DNA of 13,059 nt, taken from Ignisphaera sp. (GTDB taxonomy: Archaea; Thermoproteota; Thermoprotei_A; Sulfolobales; Ignisphaeraceae). Below, in pieces: positions 1-7,841 of the stretch; within the stretch, counting starts at the first letter, position 1, and each line of letters begins with the position of its first letter. A program made the translations under genes and the position numbers. The DNA lies in NCBI GenBank assembly GCA_038889075.1, contig JAWAHS010000008.1:54453-67511 (forward strand). Reading direction: 5' to 3'. Under the pieces are notes generated by a model, which did no database searches, was not told where the DNA came from, and saw only the letters and a list, made by a program, of their open reading frames with translations.

Positions 1-371
1 GTAATACCAGCGATTAGGAAGCCATCTACATCGTGGGGATCTTCAGGTAGCTCTGTTTGTCTGCATTTCGATAGTTGCCAGAGGTCTCTAAAGTCTGGTG
101 GATCAACATCAAAGTCCTGCAGTCTATCTGCCAACTTCTTTGCATGGTCGTTTAGCTCGTCCTCTGCTATCTTCCTAAATACATCCTCCAACTCTGTAGA
201 GATGTTACCTTTAACAGCATATGCACTTACATAGTACTGGTACCAGGCGAGTATCTCATCAGCAAATGCTGAGAGTAACATGTTGACGAGAGTAGCAGAA
301 TCTATTCCTCTGACCTCCTCCCTCACTGGAAATTTTTCAGGTAGATACCTATATTTCTTTGGCTCAGCCAT
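1..371 (-). CDS. DPS-like (DPSL)/ferritin-like di-iron protein, 3' end outside the window
   Basis: Not in the ORF track; manual translation from ATG at 371: MAEPKKYRYLPEKFPVREEVRGIDSATLVNMLLSAFADEILAWYQYYVSAYAVKGNISTELEDVFRKIAEDELNDHAKKLADRLQDFDVDPPDFRDLWQLSKCRQTELPEDPHD... The ADE..AWYQY and EDE..H motifs are ferritin-fold. Starts 2 nt after the upstream stop. Confidence 0.85.
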   Translation of the reverse strand, partial: MAEPKKYRYLPEKFPVREEVRGIDSATLVNMLLSAFADEILAWYQYYVSAYAVKGNISTELEDVFRKIAEDELNDHAKKLADRLQDFDVDPPDFRDLWQLSKCRQTELPEDPHDVDGFLIAGI

Positions 372-373
372 AT

Positions 374-709
374 CTATCCCCACTTACCCTTCTTCATATG
401 GGATTCGAGCTCAGCCATAATCTTCTGAATAGTTGTAAGGGCAAACTCCTTCTCCTCATTAGCTATCTTAACACATGGCGGATCTAGATTGTCCTGTGCA
501 ATCTCTTCAGCAACTGTTAAAAGCTCCCTTAGGAGTGTGAGAGCTCTCATATGGAGATAGTTAGACCTCCTAGATCTTGTAACAAGTCCAGCCTCCTGCT
601 CACTCAACTGCCTAAACTGTTCTTTAGGAGCACCACACTTAGGGCATCTATCTGGAGGCTGAGGTCCCTCAAATACAAAGTTGCACACTTGACACTTCCA
701 GAGAGCCAA
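374..709 (-). CDS. Rubredoxin-like domain protein (N-terminal CxxC...CPxCG plus helical C-terminal domain)
   Basis: WKCQVC...CPKCGAPK is a rubredoxin/rubrerythrin-type metal knuckle pair. TTG start with GAGGTG RBS at 719-724. Confidence 0.85.
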   Translation of the reverse strand: MALWKCQVCNFVFEGPQPPDRCPKCGAPKEQFRQLSEQEAGLVTRSRRSNYLHMRALTLLRELLTVAEEIAQDNLDPPCVKIANEEKEFALTTIQKIMAELESHMKKGKWG

Positions 710-750
710 CGGTTAACACACCTCAGCTAGAAATATACTGGTCTTCCAAC

Positions 751-758
751 TATATAAA
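751..758 (-). promoter_or_regulatory. TATA box (TTTATATA) for the rubredoxin-DPSL operon
   Basis: Consensus archaeal TATA about 27 nt upstream of the RBS and about 42 nt upstream of the start codon. Confidence 0.6.
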
Positions 759-957
759 GCTTGCCAACGTAACAAGGCTGTGGATTCTAACTAGAAATGA
801 GGGGAAAACCATCCAGGCCAACGAAAGATATAGCCCACCATCTCTATCCATGAGCCTAGAATATGGATGTGGCCAGCTGCTTCTAGCAGATATTGATAGA
901 TCCATGCCGTCTCCAATAATCCTCTTTAAATATTTTTAGTCGTTTTAAATCTCTGTA

Positions 958-1255
958 TTTAGAAACCTTAGGTGTATCCAGAACTTCTTCAATAACATAC
1001 CTCAATAGCTTCCCTAAACCCCTCCCCAGTTAAAATACCAAACCTATGAGCTATAACATTCATGACCCTACCAAGGTTCCCGAGCTTTTCCTCAACCCTT
1101 AAAACCCTCTCATCAAGTTCGATTACTCTCTCCTCTAGTGCTGTAATCCTCTCCAGAACCTCTTTATATCCGAGTAGACCCATTAAAGCATATCTGAATT
1201 CTCTATCAACTTCAAGCATCTTTAGAATTCTCTCCTTCTCTTCAATACTTAACAT
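958..1255 (-). pseudogene. Frameshifted, truncated DUF3782-type coiled-coil/PD-(D/E)XK family gene
   Basis: MLSIEEKERILKMLEVDREFRYALMGLLG + coiled coil + AHRFGILTGEGFREA resembles this crenarchaeal family. Removing one T at about 1004-1005 restores ...FREAMRYVIEEVLDTPKVSK, after which similarity is lost and no nuclease domain follows. Likely start is ATG 1255, not 1351. Confidence 0.65.
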
Positions 1256-1433
1256 ACCGGTACATCCAATTCTATACTTACTTATGTTTTCACTCTTTTG
1301 TCTGCCTCCCCCTAGAAACACGGTAAGGGTATGAAGCTTATAAAAATTCATTCCTACGGTAGGGATGTATTTTTAATCATAGCTGCTAGGCTGTATCCAC
1401 CTAGCTTCTCCTAGGAATTCTAAACAAATGTTC

Positions 1434-1470
1434 TGACCTCTTTCCCTTAAAGGGCAAGATTTTCAGTTAT
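1434..1470. mobile_element. Degenerate IS200/IS605-type end (subterminal hairpin) relic
   Basis: tgacctctttcccttaaagggcaagattttcagttat contains a CCCT-TAA-AGGG hairpin followed by TTTCAGTT. It resembles archaeal IS605-family end motifs as recalled, not searched. Confidence 0.4.
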
Positions 1471-1739
1471 AATGTAGGTATAGGGCTCTGTATCGATAGC
1501 ATTAACAAGTAGATAATATAATAGTGCAGCTATTAGTGCAGTACATAGTCAAAACCTTACAATCAGCATACCATCTAATCGAGAATGGCAGTGTTGAGCA
1601 TGTCAGATACAGATTTCACCATACTGTAGAATCCTTGCTAACTATTTTCAACTCTTTCAAAATTTTTATAGTGGCGGAACCATGCTTAGTGTAGATGTTG
1701 TTAAGAGTGCTTGATAGCTCTGTATGTAGCGATACTAAA

Positions 1740-1746
1740 TTTAAAT
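1740..1746 (+). promoter_or_regulatory. Putative TATA box (TTTAAAT) for the PAC2-Hsp20 operon
   Basis: Lies upstream of the AGGTG RBS and GTG start at 1780. Confidence 0.45.
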
Positions 1747-1779
1747 CCTAGAAACCCTCTAGTACATAGGTGTTCCATA

Positions 1780-2541
1780 GTGTTTAGAGAGGAGTGGCTT
1801 GGGAATTTCAGGTTTATTGAGTATAGGGATTGGAGTCTAGAGAAACCCTCATCAATGCTCGTTGCCCTTCCCGATACGGGACTTGTAGGTGTCATCGGCG
1901 CATCTTACCTTATATCCAAGCTTGGTCTCGAAGAGATTGGTGGCATCGACTCTCCTCTCCTACCTCCCATAGCGATAGTCTCTAAGGGTCTTCTAAGACC
2001 TCCAATAAGAATCTTTGCATCTAATAGATTGGCAATTGTATATACGGAGGTTTCCCTAGCTGTTGATGCTCTAAGCAACCTTACAGCTACTCTAATAGAC
2101 TATGCTAGGCTAAGAGGTGTAGATAGCATTGTTGGACTTACAGGAATACCAAAACCAAACAGACTAGATGTTACAGAGCTTACAACATACTATGTATCCT
2201 CCATTGGAAAGAATGATGCTGCTGAGAAGTGCGGTGCTAAGATGCTGGAAAGCGGTGTTATTATAGGACCTTTTGCAGTTCTCATGAAGGACGCTATCCG
2301 TAAGAGACTACCCTCAACACTCTTCCTAACAGAATCGTTTATGGAGTTTCCAGATCCCGAAGCTTCCGCATCTGGTCTTAAGATCATCTCCAGATTTCTA
2401 GGTATTGAAATAGATGTTGGTGGCCTCTTAGAGCAGGCTGAGATGATACGGTTTAGAGCTAGAGATGTAATGAGAAGTGCTACCAGTAATCTATCAAAGA
2501 TTGGCAAGGAGCTTGAATACGGTATACCTCTACATACATAG
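1780..2541 (+). CDS. PAC2 family proteasome assembly chaperone-like protein
   Basis: LPDTGLVGVIGASYLI, PPIRIF and FPDPEAS motifs are typical of archaeal PAC2/Pba proteins. The GTG at 1780 with AGGTG RBS is preferred over TTG 1711. Confidence 0.85.
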   Translation: MFREEWLGNFRFIEYRDWSLEKPSSMLVALPDTGLVGVIGASYLISKLGLEEIGGIDSPLLPPIAIVSKGLLRPPIRIFASNRLAIVYTEVSLAVDALSNLTATLIDYARLRGVDSIVGLTGIPKPNRLDVTELTTYYVSSIGKNDAAEKCGAKMLESGVIIGPFAVLMKDAIRKRLPSTLFLTESFMEFPDPEASASGLKIISRFLGIEIDVGGLLEQAEMIRFRARDVMRSATSNLSKIGKELEYGIPLHT

Positions 2542-2551
2542 GGGGATCTAT

Positions 2552-2980
2552 ATGGAGGATGAGTTCAGTAGATTGTTTGATAGGATTGAGAAAAGGTTGA
2601 GGAGAATCGAAGATCAGCTACTAAGAGATATAGAGGAGACTCTGAAGAGAGCTCTCGAAATCCCAGCAAGGAGGGTACCGATCTACGGAGAATCTATAGA
2701 GCCTCTCTACACAGTTAGAGATTTTGGAGACAGAATTGTGATATACGTAGATCTCCCCGGCTCATCAGAGGGTACCATAGATGTAAAGTTTGAGGATAGA
2801 AAAACCTATGTAACGGCAAAACTTAGAGAGGCTATAGAACTTGGAAAGATATTTGGAAGATATCGTGATATAGAGGTTCGTGAGTATAGTTTAGTTATAG
2901 ATCTACCATTTGAGCCAAGGCCTGAGAAGACCAAGGTGAGGAGTAGAAAAGGAGTCATAGAGATAACTCTATATAGATAG
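2552..2980 (+). CDS. Small heat-shock protein (Hsp20/alpha-crystallin family)
   Basis: EPLYTVRD..IVIYVDLPG and C-terminal GVIEITL alpha-crystallin motifs. ATG 2552 follows a GGGGG RBS, 10 nt after the PAC2 stop. Confidence 0.85.
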   Translation: MEDEFSRLFDRIEKRLRRIEDQLLRDIEETLKRALEIPARRVPIYGESIEPLYTVRDFGDRIVIYVDLPGSSEGTIDVKFEDRKTYVTAKLREAIELGKIFGRYRDIEVREYSLVIDLPFEPRPEKTKVRSRKGVIEITLYR

Positions 2981-3215
2981 AATGCAGATAGCATGTTTAT
3001 GGTTTCAAAAATCTCCTTAGAACTATTTGCAGATGTCACCAACTTTTATAAATTAATCCTATATTATTAGATGTTTCATCTTCTAAGACTTGTTGCTATT
3101 AATAGAGATCTGAAAATATTTGAATCAGTTGATAGGATTATAGACCGACTTGAATAGAGCTGTAGAGCATTCCTACGGCTCGCCTTATTTGAAATGGGGA
3201 TCCTAACCTACCTCT

Positions 3216-3731
3216 CTATCCTACTCTAAGTATGGTATTTGCAAAGCTTGCAAATTCATTTAGTGCTATGTGTGCTACAAAACCTGCTGAGAGATCTGGT
3301 TTAAAGTCTCTAAAAACATTCTCTCTATAGCTGTATGCAACAACTCTACCTACAAACAGTAGGTGATCTCCATATTCATGTTCACCGATAACCTCACACT
3401 CTAAGTTCGCTAAAGCCTCTTTGATAATTGGTGTTCCAATCCTCTGCCCCATTTCGAGGTTTATATTCATCTTTCTAAGCTTCTGGGGACCATGTTCACT
3501 TCCAGCTATCCAAACATCTTTTAGCATCTCTATGCTGGGTACACTAATTACAAATTCTCTATATTTCTTAACTAATTTGAAGGTATATCTAGAGGGAGCT
3601 ATAGCTACGGCTACAATAAAGGGTCTAGCAGAAACTGCTGTAACCCAGTCAGCAGCCATAACATCTACTTCCTCGCCCAACCTACCTGAGACCACCAAAT
3701 ATGTTCTCATTGGATAGAGTAGCCTATGCAT
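3216..3731 (-). CDS. Flavin reductase-like FMN-binding protein (flavoredoxin family)
   Basis: RLLYPMRTYLVVSG, MAADWVT.VS..P, EFVISVP, LECEV and GDHLLFVG motifs. Likely start about 3731 (GGTG RBS). Confidence 0.9.
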   Translation of the reverse strand: MHRLLYPMRTYLVVSGRLGEEVDVMAADWVTAVSARPFIVAVAIAPSRYTFKLVKKYREFVISVPSIEMLKDVWIAGSEHGPQKLRKMNINLEMGQRIGTPIIKEALANLECEVIGEHEYGDHLLFVGRVVAYSYRENVFRDFKPDLSAGFVAHIALNEFASFANTILRVG

Positions 3732-4158
3732 CACGTTATCTACACCAAATCCAGTATAATTGCAATAGAAAGAAGTGTTTTTCTGTAAAATAAACCTATC
3801 TACAGCATCAAAGTACATGATGGTCCTAGAGAAGTAAATAGTGCATCTGTAGAGTGTAGAAACAATAGGATTTACTCTGACGATTCTCTACATTCTATTC
3901 AACACCTAGAACTAGAAATAGTATATGCATCTTCTTTTCTAGCTTCTGCAGCATTAATGAGATCACATCGAAAGCTTTCACCTTGGAGAACCACTCCTGA
4001 GAATCTAACTCCATCACTCAGCCTCACACCTTTGGATTTTTCTCAAACTACAACTGTGCCTATCTATGCATATGTAGCCTGTTTTATAGCTTCTACTATT
4101 CTGCTAGTGGTGTGGAGCCTTTCATTATAGTGTAGCTCTATCTCAATGCTTTAGCTCT

Positions 4159-5145
4159 CTAGCGATGTACGGCTACCATTTCCTGCTCTTGCTGTATTTC
4201 ATTATCTATATTTTCTAGAAGGTCTTTGTATAGAACGTATTCGCTATCCACAACTTTGAATCCCATTGATATGAGGGTTCTCAGTAGCGATGATTTTGTT
4301 GAATCAACAGGTATCGCTATTATTTTATCTGATTGTTGAACGAGCCTCATCTTTATAGCATTTATAGCCATTTTTAGCGATTCTGTTGGTTTGTAGAATG
4401 ACAGTGCGAGTCTCTCAACAACGATTCTGTTCTGGTTTATAGATATTCTGGCCACACCTACCAATCTCCTTCCTCTGTATACAGTTATTGCTATGGCTTC
4501 CTCGGTACTTGCTCTATAGATAGCATCATCGACATCCCATGTATAGTTGCTCCATATAGCTGTATCTAGAAGTCTAACCTTTGGAAACACACTTCTCTTA
4601 ATACTATCAATTTTAACTGCTACACTATCTAGCCTATCCATAGAGCTATCTATATCCCCTGAAGAGGCTTCGAGAATAAGAACTATATTCGATATTCTGT
4701 AGCCATTTCTTATGTATATACCGAGGGCTCTACTATTGTGGTTCTTAACCGTTAGATACACTCTTTCAACACCTTCTGTAGCGAGCACCTTTTCGACATA
4801 GTTCAGAAGGTGCTGCCCTATACCTCTCCCTCTATACCTAGGATCCACGGCAAAGGCATCTATATATGCTCTGGATCTCTTCTTGTAGACTACTATAAAT
4901 CCCAGGACGCTTCCATCTCCTATAGCTACATATATCCTAGCTCTCCTACTCCTCCTTCTAACGATACTCTCTATCCAATCCCTGCTCTCAACATCGAGGT
5001 AATCTATGCTACTGCTGTATACACTTACTATACCATCAACATCGGAGATTCTAGCTCTCCTAATCGAGATGTCTAGGCTATGGTTAGATGAATCATCTTC
5101 AGATTCCGAACCATCCATACATTCCACAACTACTTCTCGATACAT
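4159..5145 (-). CDS. GNAT family N-acetyltransferase with a probable degenerate second GNAT domain
   Basis: Motif A VDPRYRGRGIG and N.RAL..Y.R.GY in the N-half; the C-half ends in L.SMGF. Start may be ATG 5118. Confidence 0.85.
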   Translation of the reverse strand: MYREVVVECMDGSESEDDSSNHSLDISIRRARISDVDGIVSVYSSSIDYLDVESRDWIESIVRRRSRRARIYVAIGDGSVLGFIVVYKKRSRAYIDAFAVDPRYRGRGIGQHLLNYVEKVLATEGVERVYLTVKNHNSRALGIYIRNGYRISNIVLILEASSGDIDSSMDRLDSVAVKIDSIKRSVFPKVRLLDTAIWSNYTWDVDDAIYRASTEEAIAITVYRGRRLVGVARISINQNRIVVERLALSFYKPTESLKMAINAIKMRLVQQSDKIIAIPVDSTKSSLLRTLISMGFKVVDSEYVLYKDLLENIDNEIQQEQEMVAVHR

Positions 5146-5331
5146 ATTGTATGCAGAGGATTAAAAGCCTTGTGTACTTAACTAGAATCCGCTAGAAAAT
5201 ACAGATGTGTATGGAGTACTCAAAGCAGCTACCTTTCTACAAATAGCAGTTCATAGATGTGCTACTCCATATCATATTCAGTTTCCTGTATGCTTTGCCA
5301 ACAAATTCCACTATCCAATTCAGGAGCTCAT

Positions 5332-5829
5332 CTATACAGTTTTGCTATTCTCTGTAGTGAGAGTTACATTTACCTCTACAATACCATTGTCTACCAGTAT
5401 CCAGGCTCTATAGCTACCCGATAACGAATCCACTATAAGCCACGGTATGCTCCACAGCCTCATACCCTTCAAATCGCTTGTACTAGGTTTTGGTGGAGCT
5501 GGATGACTATGTATAACAGCTACGATCTCTAATCCTTTCTCCTCAGCATATCTAAATACTCTATATTCGCAGAGGGGTTCCGCGATAAACTCAATCCTAG
5601 GATTACCAGCTACGTTAGGACACTCGAAAACCTCTACAACGAGAAACGTATCGTCAATCAATTTACCGACACCAAAAAACACTCTCTCCATATCTGATGA
5701 GGTAGCAGCAGTGATGATATTCCTAAGAATAGACCCATTTATAGCTAGCCTTACCAATAGAGCTACCCCTGCAACAATATTCATCAAATGTAAACACTCT
5801 TTAATAGCTCTTACCACATCTACTTCCAT
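5332..5829 (-). CDS. JAMM/MPN+ (M67) zinc metalloprotease, desampylase-like
   Basis: E...HSHPAPPKPSTSD JAMM motif and C-terminal WLIV. True start is probably later (TTG 5757 after an AGGGGT RBS). Confidence 0.88.
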   Translation of the reverse strand: MEVDVVRAIKECLHLMNIVAGVALLVRLAINGSILRNIITAATSSDMERVFFGVGKLIDDTFLVVEVFECPNVAGNPRIEFIAEPLCEYRVFRYAEEKGLEIVAVIHSHPAPPKPSTSDLKGMRLWSIPWLIVDSLSGSYRAWILVDNGIVEVNVTLTTENSKTV

Positions 5830-6214
5830 TCATACGAGGTTCTCCAGCAGCTCCTTCTATAAACTTTTAGCAGCACCATTACAAAATCCGTATCGTCTAA
5901 CCTATTAAAAGATAGAGGTCTATGAAAATGAATGCAGAGATACCCGTAGATCAAGCTCCACTCATCAGCAGGTAAATCAATGTAGTAGATGATCCAGAGA
6001 GGTTCTAGCTAAAAAGATTCTCTTACTATCGTTATTTAGAGAATCCAGTGTAGAGTTTTAATGGATACAAAGACGTTTTCATTCTTGTTATGGAGATGTG
6101 TCTCCGCTCTCAAGGCGTTAACTACCGCAGACCATAATGTATTCGTTAAACGTATAGCTGATGATGTGAACACAGATGTAGAATTGCTTCACGATTTTTA
6201 ATACATAAACATAG

Positions 6215-6721
6215 CTAGATCTTGCTCTTAATCTGGTTGTAGAGACCTAGAGCAAAAATTACGATGCACAGAGCTATAGCATAGATTTTCTCTAAACCTA
6301 GTGTTGCAATACCCTCGTATATCATGATGGCACCTGTTGCTGCAAAGAGAAGGGATAGTAGATAGTTGCTCAAGATGTAGATTATTGTTGCAAAGAGTAG
6401 AATTAGGAGTAGGAGTAGAATACCTCTTTCTGGAGCAATAATGCTAGCGGTAATGTATCCAAAGAGTATAGATATAGCAACCCTATAGATTGTGAAACCC
6501 AGTACAAACCCTATTGCAGCAGCTATAAACATAAGTATTATCGAAATAGCTACACTACCCCACATTCTAAAGCTGTAGAGCCATGTAACATAGCCTAGGA
6601 AGGATGCGAAAGCAATTGATGAAATGAATCTGGAGAGCTGCCTACCCCAAAAGCATATAACTAGACCGAGTATCGTAAGGATGACGTATGCAGGTACATC
6701 AACGTATCTCATAATAGGCAT
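6215..6721 (-). CDS. Multi-pass membrane protein (DUF4203/TMEM198-like)
   Basis: About six hydrophobic segments, with GLVICFWG..L.R near the N-terminus and GLYNQ at the C-terminus. Confidence 0.65.
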   Translation of the reverse strand: MPIMRYVDVPAYVILTILGLVICFWGRQLSRFISSIAFASFLGYVTWLYSFRMWGSVAISIILMFIAAAIGFVLGFTIYRVAISILFGYITASIIAPERGILLLLLILLFATIIYILSNYLLSLLFAATGAIMIYEGIATLGLEKIYAIALCIVIFALGLYNQIKSKI

Positions 6722-6932
6722 AGCAATACAGCCCTAAACCTCTCCTAGGCTACAGAAATATATCTCTTACGTTTCACACAATACGGCGTCTGCAAAACCT
6801 ACCATTCAGTAGCTCTACCATATAGCTACATCTAAGATAGTTTATGGGCTACCCAATCTATACTATAAAGGTAATCCCAATACAGTATCTACCAGCTCTA
6901 CAGAATTTGGAGTAGCCTTAAGATCGGTAGAT

Positions 6933-7328
6933 CTATTCTCCATGGATGTGTATGGCAAGCTTCCTTTTATGGTTGTATACAGCTCTTGTTTCAAGGAGAA
7001 ATATTTCGTATCCTTCGTCTAGTAGAATGTTGCCGTTTTCAATGGGTAGAGCTATTGATGTTGATATGAATGTTGATATTAGGTGTGCATAGGCGTTTCC
7101 ATGCCTCCATATGGTAAACGGTACTAGGGTTTCGAGAAGTTGAATCAATCTCTTTTCAAATCCTTTCTCAAGTATTACAATAGCAGGAGTTGCTCCCTCT
7201 ACTGATATCAACATGCTACCGAACCTTATCCCACTCTCAGCTACTATTCCCTCAATGGTTTTCCTCAGCGGAAATAGCTCCATGGGACCAAAGGTCTGTA
7301 CATCAATCATCTTTGAAAATACCTTCAA
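6933..7328 (-). CDS. YjbQ/UPF0047 family protein, paralogue 2
   Basis: ESGIRFG, GATPAI and WRHGNAYAHL..TFI.TS..LPI.NG motifs. TTG start after a GTGGTG RBS; overlaps the upstream paralogue by 26 nt. Confidence 0.8.
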   Translation of the reverse strand: MKVFSKMIDVQTFGPMELFPLRKTIEGIVAESGIRFGSMLISVEGATPAIVILEKGFEKRLIQLLETLVPFTIWRHGNAYAHLISTFISTSIALPIENGNILLDEGYEIFLLETRAVYNHKRKLAIHIHGE

Positions 7329-7698
7329 GTGTCAACACCACACTCTTCTCCCCTACAGTTCTAGAGGTGTCTATAAATACAATCCTTTTAAACTGTCCAG
7401 TGAAGAGCGAACCGTTGACTACTGGTAGTACCGTGCCCTTTCCAATAACGGCATCGCATAGCCCTACATCAATACATCCAACTCTCTTTAGAAACTCCTC
7501 TAGATCAGCTAGTAGCTCAGGTTCGTATTCAATTAGTGTTATGCTACATTTCTTCTCTGGGGTAAATATGTGTGCAAGTCCGTGGGAGAGGCCATGGGAT
7601 TTCACAACGCTATTAACATAGCTTGTTATATCCATAGCAGTGTAGCCGCTGCTGTCTATCACCATCTTTATAATCTTCACTTCAACCCCTCTACTCAT
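7303..7698 (-). CDS. YjbQ/UPF0047 family protein, paralogue 1 (His motifs absent)
   Basis: DIT..V..VV..HG..HGL..IF, IEYEPELLADL and LPVVNG.L..GQF..IVFID motifs. Start is ATG 7698 or GTG 7680 (GAGGGG RBS), not 7836. Confidence 0.8.
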   Translation of the reverse strand: MSRGVEVKIIKMVIDSSGYTAMDITSYVNSVVKSHGLSHGLAHIFTPEKKCSITLIEYEPELLADLEEFLKRVGCIDVGLCDAVIGKGTVLPVVNGSLFTGQFKRIVFIDTSRTVGEKSVVLTLEGIFKDD

Positions 7699-7841
7699 CT
7701 TAAACCACAGTATAGCCCTACTATGCCGATCCCTATAAGCATTTCCTAGCTCCACAATTCTAGTACCATAGCTATTTCTACCGTGTGTACAGATATATAG
7801 CCCTAGCCCTACTATATTTATACTATCTATAGCCACATAGG

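Noticed and set aside
750-906. 51-aa minus-strand ORF MDLSISARSSWPHP... with GGAG upstream
   Set aside because: No recognisable motif, and it runs over the TATA box of the rubredoxin operon.
1349-1367. CATTCCTACGG repeated at 1349-1359 and 3168-3178, with a small hairpin at the first copy
   Set aside because: An 11-nt repeat is expected by chance in 13 kb, and the second copy lacks the hairpin.
5940-6200. Possible C/D-box sRNAs around TGATGA motifs (about 5963 minus, about 6159 plus)
   Set aside because: No suitably spaced box D (CTGA) or internal D'/C' boxes were found.
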